NCBI GenBank assembly: GCA_964519305.1
Contig: CAZFHY010000002.1
Coordinates: 96,001 to 160,000, forward strand
Source: Candidatus Undinarchaeota archaeon
GTDB taxonomy: Archaea; SpSt-1190; JASMDC01
DNA length: 64,000 bases
Direction: 5' to 3'
Shown piece by piece: positions 40,740 through 50,236 of this stretch (its first letter is position 1; every line of letters begins with the position of its first letter). The notes beneath the pieces are model-generated. The model made no database searches, was not told the DNA's origin, and saw only the letters and a list, made by a program, of their open reading frames with translations. The position numbers and the translations under genes are program-made.

Positions 40740-41554
40740 TGTTACCCGGTGCCGGGACGAGGGTCATAATCCAAGGTATCACCGGTGAGCGGGGAGCATA
40801 TCACACCGGCCGTATGATAGAGGCAGGTACGAAGGTCGTGGCAGGGGTGTCGCCAGGCAGTGGTGGTCTCGCAATCCATGGTGTGCCCGTGTACGAGACC
40901 GTATCGGACGCTCTCGATGAACACGAGGTCGACGCCTCGGTGCTCTTCACTCCTCCTTCTGAAGTGCCGCCCTCGGTGTACGAGGCGATCGAGGACGAGC
41001 TGAAGCTCGTCGTAGTGAGCGCGAAAGGGGTTCCCCTGCGCGACACTATGCGTTTCGTGCGCATGGCCAGGGAGAAGGGTACGTCGGTCATCGGGCCCGC
41101 GAGCGCGGGTATCGCACGCCCGGGAGCTTCAGTGCTCGGGTCATGGCCGTACGAAGTCCTTTCCAAGGGCAACATAGCGATAGTGACCCGGTTCTGCACT
41201 CTCGGTGTAGCGGCGACGGCCGCCCTTACATCGGCAGGATTGGGCCAATCCCTGTGCATCGGTCTGGGCGGTGAGCATGTCGTTGGGACGGACGAGCGTG
41301 ACGTGCTCCCTGTGCTCTCGGAAGACAAACGTACCAAGGCGGTGTTCTTTGTGATAGATCCTATGCGCTCCGTGGTACCGATGTGTGAGGCACTCGCGGA
41401 ACTGGATCTCCCTGCTGTAGCCTACGTCCCCGGGGCTGTCGGTGCGACAGTCAAGCGCCTGGAAATGGTGAAAGGTCTGGAGAGCGCAGGCGCTCTGGTG
41501 GTGGAATCGCTGGAAGGTGCAATAGACGCCTTGGGCGAGTTCGGCGGCCAGTAG
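40736..41554 (+). CDS. Succinyl-CoA synthetase alpha-subunit-like protein lacking the phospho-His loop
   Basis: VIIQGITG, VVAGVSPG, GVPVYETV, GLGQSLCIGLGG; no GHAG. Confidence 0.82.
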   Translation: MMLPGAGTRVIIQGITGERGAYHTGRMIEAGTKVVAGVSPGSGGLAIHGVPVYETVSDALDEHEVDASVLFTPPSEVPPSVYEAIEDELKLVVVSAKGVPLRDTMRFVRMAREKGTSVIGPASAGIARPGASVLGSWPYEVLSKGNIAIVTRFCTLGVAATAALTSAGLGQSLCIGLGGEHVVGTDERDVLPVLSEDKRTKAVFFVIDPMRSVVPMCEALAELDLPAVAYVPGAVGATVKRLEMVKGLESAGALVVESLEGAIDALGEFGGQ

Positions 41555-41593
41555 CTATCGGGTTAATAAGTGTTCGCCGCACGGAAGGAAAGC

Positions 41594-42133
41594 ATGCTCG
41601 CCAAGCGGGAGCTGGACCTTGGTGCGCTCATGGTCATGGTGTTCCTCATGGGCGCCGTGAACGCCGCGCTCCTCAGTGCGCTCTACCACTCCCCTGCAGC
41701 GCTCGGTATGGACGAACTGACAGAGGGCGTGCTCGGCCTGCCTGCCGTGTTCTATCTTACTTCAGCGCTCGGTCTGCCCCTGATAGTAGTACTCTCCACG
41801 CTCCAAAAGGAACAATCCCTTAAACGGGATTTCCAGGCGGTGTACCTCGGCTTCATCATGGCGCTCCTCACACTCTTTCTGTTCTATCCGGTGTTCTACC
41901 TTGGCAGTTCATCGATCACGGGTGTATTCCGGTTGTTCAGACGATTGGTGTTCTTCTTCGTCGTGTGCTTCTCATTTATCGCGTCGATGACCGACCTTTA
42001 CGAGAGGACCATCCCTCGCAAGCAGGCGGCGATTATTGCAGGATTGGCCTCTTCGGTCTATCTCATCCTGACTTTCTTCCAGCTCCTACGGACGTTATGC
42101 CCGGGCCTCTATGAGGCCATGCTGGACCTCTAG
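41594..42133 (+). CDS. Membrane protein (~5 TM), unknown function
   Basis: Hydrophobic segments; TTAATAA box ~24 nt upstream. Confidence 0.7.
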   Translation: MLAKRELDLGALMVMVFLMGAVNAALLSALYHSPAALGMDELTEGVLGLPAVFYLTSALGLPLIVVLSTLQKEQSLKRDFQAVYLGFIMALLTLFLFYPVFYLGSSSITGVFRLFRRLVFFFVVCFSFIASMTDLYERTIPRKQAAIIAGLASSVYLILTFFQLLRTLCPGLYEAMLDL

Positions 42134-42591
42134 CGACGTCGCTTCTTGCGCCGTAGCCGTGACGCCCCACCGCACACAGGACACTCACCCGCTCGCTCCA
42201 GACGTTTGCCACAGTCACGGCATAAAAGCTCCCAACGGAAGGTACTTGTGATCTCGTCCCGGGGCGAGACGTAAGGTATGCCCAGCTCCCTACATGTGTT
42301 CTGGATCGAGAAGTCGTTCGTGAAAAGTGGAACGCCCTCCTCCAGTGCTAGGGCGATGAGGGCCGTGTCCGTCTCGGAGAGCCTGTGAGAGTCCCCCGTA
42401 CGCTCAGAAACCGCCTGGACGCGGCGCAGGGCATCCTTTCCCGGCTTTCGCACGGTCACGTTCAGGCGCTCGAGCGCGGTCTGCGCGTCCTGACTACGTA
42501 GCTCCATCATGACGCCTGGCACCGTGAAGAGCTCGTCATCCGGATTGGGATCACCCTCGAGCACTGCCGATGTATCCAGTACGAAGCGCAT
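42130..42591 (-). CDS. nob1: NOB1-family endonuclease (PIN + zinc ribbon)
   Basis: VLDTSA, TGD...LSETD, TNDFSIQN, CRDC...CPVCG. Confidence 0.88.
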   Translation of the reverse strand: MRFVLDTSAVLEGDPNPDDELFTVPGVMMELRSQDAQTALERLNVTVRKPGKDALRRVQAVSERTGDSHRLSETDTALIALALEEGVPLFTNDFSIQNTCRELGIPYVSPRDEITSTFRWELLCRDCGKRLERAGECPVCGGASRLRRKKRRR

Positions 42592-42618
42592 ACCGGAGCC
42601 CCGCGTTCTCGGAACATA

Positions 42619-42624
42619 TTTAAA
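42619..42624. promoter_or_regulatory. Palindromic TTTAAA TATA box between divergent nob1 and aIF-5A
   Basis: 24 nt to ATG 42648 and 28 nt to ATG 42591. Confidence 0.6.
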
Positions 42625-42647
42625 AGATTCGATGCGCGCTCCATTTC

Positions 42648-43031
42648 ATGATTGAGAAGGCCGCCATCAACTCCCTGAAGAAGGGTAAGTTCATCCTCCT
42701 GGACGGAGAACCCTGCCGTGTCGTCAGCACGCAATCCTCCGCGCCCGGTAAGCATGGCCATGCCAAGGTACGTATGGAGGCCGTTGGCATCTTTGATGGC
42801 CAGAAGCGGGCAATAGTCCAGCCAAGTCACAACAAGGTTTCCGTCCCCATTGTTGACAAGCGTGTGGGTCAGGTACTCTCTGTCCACGAAGGTCGAGTGC
42901 AGATCATGGACAACCAGTCCTATGAGACCTTCGAGATCCCCATCCCGGATGACTTTGACGGGACCGTTACCGAAGGTGGCGAGGTCGCGTACTGGGACAT
43001 AATGGGTCGTAAGCTCCTACGCGGTAAGTAG
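42648..43031 (+). CDS. eif5a: Translation initiation/elongation factor aIF-5A
   Basis: Hypusine loop SAPGKHGHAK; QIMD..SYETFE. Confidence 0.96.
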   Translation: MIEKAAINSLKKGKFILLDGEPCRVVSTQSSAPGKHGHAKVRMEAVGIFDGQKRAIVQPSHNKVSVPIVDKRVGQVLSVHEGRVQIMDNQSYETFEIPIPDDFDGTVTEGGEVAYWDIMGRKLLRGK

Positions 43032-43141
43032 GCGGTCTACAGATCTTGTGACTAGGGCAGTGATCACTACAATGTCCTAAACTCAGGGACGGTGCCGCGC
43101 TGTCCAAAAGGTAGTTAAAGCTACTCCCCTCCATCCCCGGC

Positions 43142-43393
43142 ATGGCCGAGCCATGGCGTGAATTCGCAAAAGAGACCGTGGAACTAACCGGAGCAAATTT
43201 CGTTGAGGTCAAGCTCTCCTGCCCCCCCGACGGTGATAAGCTGTTCGTGGGAATCTCAAAGGGTTGGAAGCGGGATGACGGATCTGCCCGGTACAAATCG
43301 AATGTCACGGTCCCTGTCGAGAAGGCGGAGGACATTGTCGCCGCCCTTAAGAAGATCGTGGACAAATCGAAAGAGATATCCACCGACGAGTGA
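43142..43393 (+). CDS. Small protein, possibly PC4/SpoVG-like nucleic-acid-binding fold
   Basis: Beta-rich (FVEVKL, FVGISKGW, NVTVP) plus C-terminal helix; fold guess only. Confidence 0.55.
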   Translation: MAEPWREFAKETVELTGANFVEVKLSCPPDGDKLFVGISKGWKRDDGSARYKSNVTVPVEKAEDIVAALKKIVDKSKEISTDE

Positions 43394-43429
43394 GACTGTC
43401 AGTTCAAGGCCCGCAGCGGGTTTTCTGCG

Positions 43430-44959
43430 TCACCACGCACCCTGACATCGTCCCCGCACCAGATAGACACATCTCTGGCATCGGGACGGCAGTTCATCTA
43501 CGTTCTGAGGACGACCGGCTGCCGAGGGTACGCCCAGAGCGCGTGCATGATCCACATCCTCTCTCGCGAGCAGGCAGGGAGGGAGCGGACGGGCCACTAC
43601 AAGGTTGATGCCACGCTCACGCATTGCCAGGATACAGTCGAGCAGAGGGCGCGCGTCACCCGGCTTGGCGATGTCAGGATCAACCCGGTGCGCAAGGACC
43701 ACAAGAGGCGGATCCGTGGCCAGTAGAACATCGCAGAGCCCGGCCATCTTTGGCGCCCCTATCATGGGGGAAAGTATCACCGGTCTGCCACTAGGCACTT
43801 CCAGGTCGACCACAGGGAACAACGGTACACGTCTCCCATCCTCATCCCACGCGGGCCCCTCCATGTCCAGGCTCGGAGGTGGACGGCCTTTGGTGGGACG
43901 GGCCGCAACGGCCCCTTGGGGGCACAGCTCCTGACAGCAGAGACAGTGGATGCATCGATCCCTGTCGTACACGGGTTGTGGGTCCATGGTTATGGCCCGG
44001 ACCGGACAGTTAGCAGCGCACGTACCGCAGCGGGTACATCGTTCCGGTTCGAGCTCCGGGACGACATCCCGTCCGTCCGCCTGCATGGCAACAGGCTTGC
44101 GGAAATCAGGGACCCTGAAGCGCTCCATATCGGCGCCCACTACGTCGATCCTGTCGAGGATGCCCTCGCCCAGCCCCCTTCCCGCGGCGATCCGTGTGGA
44201 GGGGATGGCCCCCGATGCGTATCCCATGAGGTGGGCGGAGACCGCGTCGAGGGCGACGGCATCAGTGGCAGCGAGCACGAGACCGATATGTCGGGGCATT
44301 CCCGCACATGGCCCTTCCCCCTCCATGGCGACCACGGCATCCATGACCGATATCCCGGGGCGCAGTTCTCCATAGAGCGAGGCGAGCATCTGTGAGAAGT
44401 CCTCTCTGAGTGGATTAGTGCGGTGTCCCTCGGACTTTCCCTGTCCGGGGAGGCACCCATAGAGGTTCTTCACAGCGCCCGTGAGAAGAGTCAGCGAATG
44501 GGTCTTGAGCTTGGGAAGGTTGATGATCAGGTCGGCTTCTAGCACAGGCGAGGCGACGTCCACGGTCGCTGGCCGGGCCTCAGGTAGGTTCAACCGCCGG
44601 CTTGCGCTTCGCTGGAGGTTGACTACCTCACCGCCTGCACGTCGCGTGGCCTCGGCCACCCCCGATATATCGAGGGCACGCTCGGTCATCTGAGGATCGC
44701 TCCCACCAGCACAATCCCCTACGAGCACCCGACATCCGGCGTCAGCTGCCAGACGGACGATCGCTTCCACGACCGAGGGATGGGTCGTTGCGGCCCGCCA
44801 GGGGCGGTAGGGCTCGATAAGATTGGGCTTGACCAGCACGGTCCCTCCCGCAGGGATGAGCGAAGCGAGGTCCCCGGCTTTAGTGAGTGCGGTCGACACG
44901 GCATTGGCGACCTCTTCCCGACCGTACCCGTCGCAGGGACTCACACCCACCGTCGCCAT
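43430..44959 (-). CDS. DUF362 domain protein with 2x[4Fe-4S] ferredoxin and Cys-containing C-terminal extension
   Basis: VLVKPN, TTHP, NLPKLKTH, TGAVKN, MEGEGP; CTRCGTCAANCP, CIHCLCCQELCP; C-terminal CQRC...CQG. Confidence 0.85.
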   Translation of the reverse strand: MATVGVSPCDGYGREEVANAVSTALTKAGDLASLIPAGGTVLVKPNLIEPYRPWRAATTHPSVVEAIVRLAADAGCRVLVGDCAGGSDPQMTERALDISGVAEATRRAGGEVVNLQRSASRRLNLPEARPATVDVASPVLEADLIINLPKLKTHSLTLLTGAVKNLYGCLPGQGKSEGHRTNPLREDFSQMLASLYGELRPGISVMDAVVAMEGEGPCAGMPRHIGLVLAATDAVALDAVSAHLMGYASGAIPSTRIAAGRGLGEGILDRIDVVGADMERFRVPDFRKPVAMQADGRDVVPELEPERCTRCGTCAANCPVRAITMDPQPVYDRDRCIHCLCCQELCPQGAVAARPTKGRPPPSLDMEGPAWDEDGRRVPLFPVVDLEVPSGRPVILSPMIGAPKMAGLCDVLLATDPPLVVLAHRVDPDIAKPGDARPLLDCILAMRERGINLVVARPLPPCLLAREDVDHARALGVPSAAGRPQNVDELPSRCQRCVYLVRGRCQGAW

Positions 44960-44988
44960 GGTCTTTACTGGCAAGGGGTCGGGAAATG

Positions 44989-44994
44989 TTATAA
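44989..44994. promoter_or_regulatory. Palindromic TTATAA TATA box between divergent DUF362 and radical SAM genes
   Basis: 24 nt to GTG 45018 and 30 nt to ATG 44959. Confidence 0.6.
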
Positions 44995-45017
44995 GCTTTG
45001 TCAGGAGCGTCGGTCCC

Positions 45018-46568
45018 GTGGTCTTTGCTCTGGTCAATGCACCCACCACTGCATCCCGGCCCTGGTCCGAGCCGCCACTGGAGCCTGCGTCCGTGGCCGG
45101 CCACCTCAGGGCAAAAGGCGTGAACGTGGAACTGGACGATCTGGCCGTGCGTGTGGCCACTGAGCAGCGTCAGGCGAAAAGAGTGAAGGTCGGAGTGTTC
45201 GATGATCCGGACCGTACTGTAGCACATCTTCAGGGGAAGGTGTGTATCAGGTACATGGACATAACCGCCGACCGGATGATAGGGCTGTCATCACTGGACC
45301 TCTCCTCAGCTGATCTTGTCGGTGTTTTCGCTCCGGGGATAGAGCATCTCATGCCCGCCCTCGCCCTCGCCCGGAGCTTGGCGGATAACGGGTCGGAAGT
45401 AGTGCTGGCAGGTGCGGCAGCGGGTCCGTTCGCAGAGAAGTGCGTTTCCTCGTTCCCCTTCCTACGGGGTGTCGTGTTCGCAGGCACCGAAGAGGCGTTC
45501 CATGCACTGGCGACCGGGACCGGGACCGTGCCAGGGATGGTCGAGCGTGTGGGGAAGGAAGTGCGGACACAGCCGCCCATTGATGTGCCTTTGGACCAGC
45601 TTCCTCCACCGGACTTCACGGGGCTTCCCGAGGACCGCTACCCGGACAAGTTGGCGCGGTTGCCGTATCGTATATCTCGTGGATGCCCTGGATCGTGCGC
45701 CTACTGCGCCTACCATCTCGACCGCGTTCTGGAAGTACGCCCCCCTGAGCGGGTCGCTGCAGACCTGGCCGTACTCATGGACCGGTACGATGCCGATGAG
45801 TTCGTGTTCACTGACAACACCCTAAACATTTCTACAGGTCATATGGAGGGACTGTGCGATGCATTGTCGCCCTTATCGGTCCGATGGTCAGGATATGCAA
45901 GGCCGACGGGCCTCGACCGTCAGCTGCTCTCACGTATGCGTGCAGCAGGGTGTATCAAGCTCAATCTCGGCCTGGAGTCGGGATCCCAGCGTCTGCTGGA
46001 CAGGTTCCAGAAGGGCATACCTGCAGGCGAAGCAGAACGGATCATCCGGGACGCCCATGAAGCAGGTATCGCGTGCGAAGTGAACTTCATGGTAGGATTC
46101 CCTGGCGAGGGCGAGGATGACCTTACAGCGACCGAGGAGCTAGCCCGTAGGTTGGCCCCTGCTATCGATACGGCGGTCGTCAATCTCCTCACTATCCCTC
46201 GCGTATCGGATATGTCGCAGCACCCCGAACTGTATAGGATCGCACGTATCCACCGGACAACAGCCTGGGCCGATGCTGATGTGGCCTTCGATGAGGAGGA
46301 TGGCCCGCCTTGGGAGGAGCGTGCACAAACACGCATCGATGCCGCTGAACGGTTGGTCGCTGTGCTCATGGACGCCGGAGTGGACGTGTCGGACCACACC
46401 ATGGGTACACTTCTCCTCCTGCGTCAGGCGGAACGCCAGCGTCGGGAGGGTTATTGCCTTTACTGGAAGGAGCGACGCAGTTGCTATCGTTGTGAGCACC
46501 TGCACGGCGACCGCTGCGCGGTGAACGCACAGAAATCCATTCCTCTTCTGGACAAGGTCGTAAAATAG
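45018..46568 (+). CDS. B12-binding-like radical SAM protein
   Basis: SRGCPGSCAYC, TDN, GLESGS, VGFPGE; Cys-rich C-terminus; GTG start 24 nt after TTATAA. Confidence 0.85.
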   Translation: MVFALVNAPTTASRPWSEPPLEPASVAGHLRAKGVNVELDDLAVRVATEQRQAKRVKVGVFDDPDRTVAHLQGKVCIRYMDITADRMIGLSSLDLSSADLVGVFAPGIEHLMPALALARSLADNGSEVVLAGAAAGPFAEKCVSSFPFLRGVVFAGTEEAFHALATGTGTVPGMVERVGKEVRTQPPIDVPLDQLPPPDFTGLPEDRYPDKLARLPYRISRGCPGSCAYCAYHLDRVLEVRPPERVAADLAVLMDRYDADEFVFTDNTLNISTGHMEGLCDALSPLSVRWSGYARPTGLDRQLLSRMRAAGCIKLNLGLESGSQRLLDRFQKGIPAGEAERIIRDAHEAGIACEVNFMVGFPGEGEDDLTATEELARRLAPAIDTAVVNLLTIPRVSDMSQHPELYRIARIHRTTAWADADVAFDEEDGPPWEERAQTRIDAAERLVAVLMDAGVDVSDHTMGTLLLLRQAERQRREGYCLYWKERRSCYRCEHLHGDRCAVNAQKSIPLLDKVVK

Positions 46569-46574
46569 CCGATA

Positions 46575-49500
46575 TCAGGCATACCAGAGATGGAATCGTA
46601 GCCAGGAGTACCCTACCTTTCTACCATTGGTCGTGACAACATATGCCGCCGTCCCCGTTGAGATGTGGGGGGGGACTGTCTTCTCAGGGATCGCCTCGCC
46701 CCCATGAAGCGGGATCAATCGATCGTACTCCACCTGGAAGGGATTACCTTGGAGGGAAGCTAAGCGGGGGCCCATCTCAGCAGGATCTACACTGAAGTCC
46801 ATGAGGGTGCGGATGGTCGTGGCGTTGAAGGGGGTGAGCTGTGCACCCTTGATGTCGAGGGTGATGCTGGGTTTGAGCGATGCGTCCGGCATTACTGACG
46901 CCCGGCTGACCATGTTCTTGTCCGAAAGCGCCACGGTGAATCCGCAGGCGCCCCATTTCCCGCAGGTCGCGTTCCAATACGTGATCCAGTCCTCGTTAGC
47001 GTCGAACTCGACGATCTGACCCCCTTCGATCATCCGCTCGAACACCTTGTCCATGCTGTCGGGGAAGTAGGTGACGTTGGTCCAGTCCCCGGTGAAAGCG
47101 AAGGTGATATTCCCCACGTCATGGCCCGAAGGAGCTTCGATGAGCTCGGACGGGATGATCGTCTTGCTCATCCGCCATAGAGTCGAGGAGGGATAGAACG
47201 TATAGAGGGTGATGACCGCGCCCAGTTCGTGCCGAGCGGTCGTCTGCACGACATTTCGGACGGGTCCTTCGACCATGACCGTGGCCGATTTACTGGTGGC
47301 AGGGATGGCTGTTTCCTCAAGTCCGGGGACCTCTAATGCGAATGATGGTCGACCCCCTTCCATCAGGTCGGTCCCGGTGAGCGCTTGTTCCGGGATGAAG
47401 GAATTGAGCATGCACACCGCGCCGAGCCCCGTGGATGCCTGGACACCGCAGCTCACGCCCGGGCTGTAAGTGAAAGACCAGAACCCGGCATCGCTCGAGA
47501 CGTTGGTCACTGAGCGCACCTCGGTCTCGTCGAGGATACCGTTGTTATTGTCATCGCGTCGGTTGGTGCACGTGCGATCGGGGCATATATCGGCGAAGCA
47601 GTCCGTGCACACGAGCTTCCTGCCCAGCGCAAGGTCTGACTCACCGGTCACCGGTGCCTCGTTGGTACCCACTCGATAGAATGCGTAGAAGCGCTTGTCC
47701 TCTCCGGGCTGGATGCTCTCCATCCAGGAGATGTCTGCCCGAGGTGCCTTGTTCACGGAGTTCCTGACAAAGAACACGTCCCCGCGCACGCAGTAGAGCT
47801 TTTCCTCAAGGCACAGGGGCGCTTGAGGAGGTTCGGGCGGCTCCTTGTCGGTACCCATGGCATAGTAGAGGAATAGATCGCGGTGGACCTCACCAGGGTA
47901 CAGGTTCGCGGGGCCCGGTGCCTCGATGAAAGGGAGATGGAAGTTGATACGTGCATAGGACGAAGGATAGGGGGCGATGAAAGGCCGGCTCATGGGCGAC
48001 CAGCTGCGTGCCAGTTCCAGAGACTCGCCCGTCGGGAGCACGACCATGCGGTCTGCTGCGAGCTCGAGGTCGGTCTTGTCCTCGTACTTGTTCATACATC
48101 GTGGGAACACTGCCGTAGAATCGTGGGTCTCAAGGATGGAGAACTGGAGCCGGATGTTCTTGGGGTAGTTACGCCTGATGACCCCTGTCCGCTCATCGAA
48201 CACCTTCTTTGGGACGGTGATGTTGATCGTGAAGATGTCCATGTCATCTTTGGTTGCAGGATAGATACGTGGTACGTCGAGGTCGACTGTCGTCGTGCAG
48301 AGGTAGAAGTGTTTGGAGCCAGCTTCCACCTTTAACGGCTCAGAGAGCGAGGGGAGATCGGTGTAATCGGGTTCCGTGGACTCGGTGTTCATTCCGAGCA
48401 GTTCCTCTTCATCGACCTCGCGGACCACCGTGACGCAATCGTCGATGCCGCCAGCATCGGTTATGCAGCTCCCAGGTACGATGCCCGTCACATCACCGGC
48501 GAGTTCCACGGTGTGGTTGGCCTTGTACGCCACCACGCGTACCTGCATGTTCCATGAGGGGATTCCTGAGTGGTTGACCTCCCGCACACGACGTCGTTGG
48601 AGTGTAAGACCATAGTAGATGACGTCGTCCTCGTACACACGGCCATCACGCCAGTCGACCACCTCCATGGGCACCTCCTCATAGTCCCGGTCACCGATAA
48701 CCTCTACAGGTCCGTAGGTGCTCACTAGGTTGGGATGGCTGGGGATGATGTCCTTTCGGGGGCATGTGTAGCCCTCTTCAAGCGGACCGAACTCGGGGTA
48801 GGACCACTTGAGCCGGGGGTGTACCCGACAGTCACTGATGGAGCAGCGGCCATTAGTGCATACGAAGTCGTCCTGGACATCGGTGTAGCCCGCCTTGCAG
48901 TTGCGGTACACAACCTTTACAGGATTCATATCTGGGCGACACCGGTCCACGGTTTCCTCTACATCGAACGTGTTGAAGTACAGGAAGAAGGTGCGCTTGT
49001 CACCGTAGGATACCGGGCCTGGGAATGTCCAGTTCATGAACATGGTGCAATCGCAAGATGACTTGTAGAGACGAGGGCAGTCGAATGGACAGGAGTATGA
49101 GTCCTCGCCATCCTCACAGTCGTTGTTACCACATGTGTCAAGGCAGTCCGGATCGCAATTGGCGTTGCTCTCCCCCACACCGCATAGCCCGTCACCGCAC
49201 GTCCCCGGGCAGTCAAGATGGCAGGATACCGAGTTCTCGGTTGAGCTGCATACACCATCACCGCAGCAGTGTGACTCCGACGTGTAGTTCATGGGGGTCC
49301 CATAGGTATCGGCGATGAGGGTGCTGTTCATGTCCAGGCCAAGACGGCAGGGGACCCCCTGGGCGTCCATGATGTCAGCTAGCTTCACGGTAATAGACGC
49401 ATTGGCCTCATTGGCCGGACCGACGGCCTTGGTGGACACGCGGAGACGGTAGTCCCATCTATCGTCGTACCAGTCGTCCATGTACAGGCGTACGGAACCG

Positions 49501-50225
49501 GGATCAGGATAGTCGAGGAGGTTGTCGCCATTGACATCGGCGGGCTCCAGCTCGACGAGGTCAGCGGGACCGGACACGGGTAGGCAGTTGACCATGTACT
49601 CCCGGTCCTCCTCTGTGATGTTGTAGAGCCCGCGAGGATCATGGTACAGGTCGCACATCCGTAATGGAAGGGTGAAATTGGGCCATGCCGAGGTCAGCTT
49701 GTGGCCGAAGTCGATGCGGTACCGGTACCACGGCCAGGCCACCTGGAGGGGCAGGATGATGTCACCGTTCCCGCTCCTCAGGTTGACCGAGCCGGGATCC
49801 ACTGCCTTGGGGAGGTCTAGGGTCACTGTGACGGGCCAGTCCGTCCAAGCGTACCGTTCGGTCGGTTCCTTCAGCGTAAATGGCTGCATAAAGGATATCG
49901 AGTAGGAGAATCCAGCATGCTCTGGCAGGATGTTCTCAAGAGTCTTGTCCAAGAGGTTGAAATCCGCTGCGAACACCGCTTCTCCAAGGAAGTTCTTCGA
50001 ATCCAGGCTCGAGAGGATGCCCATGATCTGATCGGACAACTCACGGGTCGCCTCCTCCTCCTGTATGACGCGGATGAACACCGGTGTGCGGAGGATCGAC
50101 TGGGAGTAGAACATCAACAGGAAGATGGACAGGACCGCCTCGACAGCGTGAATGAATCCTCTCTCGTCCTCGGCCAGTCCACGTTCAGGTCGTCCGCGCC
50201 CCCTACTTGTCAACGTCCTTCCCAC
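46575..50225 (-). CDS. Giant pilin-like surface protein B (class III signal peptide, DUF2341-like domains, Cys repeats)
   Basis: DERG/FIHAVEAVLSIFLLMFY; WYDDRWDYRL; C-terminal ..WLRFHLWYA; SD AGGTGA before GTG 50225. Confidence 0.8.
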   Translation of the reverse strand: MGRTLTSRGRGRPERGLAEDERGFIHAVEAVLSIFLLMFYSQSILRTPVFIRVIQEEEATRELSDQIMGILSSLDSKNFLGEAVFAADFNLLDKTLENILPEHAGFSYSISFMQPFTLKEPTERYAWTDWPVTVTLDLPKAVDPGSVNLRSGNGDIILPLQVAWPWYRYRIDFGHKLTSAWPNFTLPLRMCDLYHDPRGLYNITEEDREYMVNCLPVSGPADLVELEPADVNGDNLLDYPDPGSVRLYMDDWYDDRWDYRLRVSTKAVGPANEANASITVKLADIMDAQGVPCRLGLDMNSTLIADTYGTPMNYTSESHCCGDGVCSSTENSVSCHLDCPGTCGDGLCGVGESNANCDPDCLDTCGNNDCEDGEDSYSCPFDCPRLYKSSCDCTMFMNWTFPGPVSYGDKRTFFLYFNTFDVEETVDRCRPDMNPVKVVYRNCKAGYTDVQDDFVCTNGRCSISDCRVHPRLKWSYPEFGPLEEGYTCPRKDIIPSHPNLVSTYGPVEVIGDRDYEEVPMEVVDWRDGRVYEDDVIYYGLTLQRRRVREVNHSGIPSWNMQVRVVAYKANHTVELAGDVTGIVPGSCITDAGGIDDCVTVVREVDEEELLGMNTESTEPDYTDLPSLSEPLKVEAGSKHFYLCTTTVDLDVPRIYPATKDDMDIFTINITVPKKVFDERTGVIRRNYPKNIRLQFSILETHDSTAVFPRCMNKYEDKTDLELAADRMVVLPTGESLELARSWSPMSRPFIAPYPSSYARINFHLPFIEAPGPANLYPGEVHRDLFLYYAMGTDKEPPEPPQAPLCLEEKLYCVRGDVFFVRNSVNKAPRADISWMESIQPGEDKRFYAFYRVGTNEAPVTGESDLALGRKLVCTDCFADICPDRTCTNRRDDNNNGILDETEVRSVTNVSSDAGFWSFTYSPGVSCGVQASTGLGAVCMLNSFIPEQALTGTDLMEGGRPSFALEVPGLEETAIPATSKSATVMVEGPVRNVVQTTARHELGAVITLYTFYPSSTLWRMSKTIIPSELIEAPSGHDVGNITFAFTGDWTNVTYFPDSMDKVFERMIEGGQIVEFDANEDWITYWNATCGKWGACGFTVALSDKNMVSRASVMPDASLKPSITLDIKGAQLTPFNATTIRTLMDFSVDPAEMGPRLASLQGNPFQVEYDRLIPLHGGEAIPEKTVPPHISTGTAAYVVTTNGRKVGYSWLRFHLWYA
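49077..49268 (-). repeat. Three CG[D/N]xxC...E....CxxDC Cys-rich repeats
   Basis: CGDGVCSSTENSVSCHLDC, CGDGLCGVGESNANCDPDC, CGNNDCEDGEDSYSCPFDC. Confidence 0.85.
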
Positions 50226-50236
50226 GCGTTTCACCT

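Noticed and set aside
43032-43141. Possible small RNA or operator (palindrome AGTGATCACT 43059-43068)
   Set aside because: No tRNA cloverleaf or convincing C/D box pair; a single 10-bp palindrome is expected by chance in 64 kb
44823-45160. Apparent 338-bp overlap of divergent ORFs
   Set aside because: Disappears with starts at 44959 and 45018 flanking one TATA box
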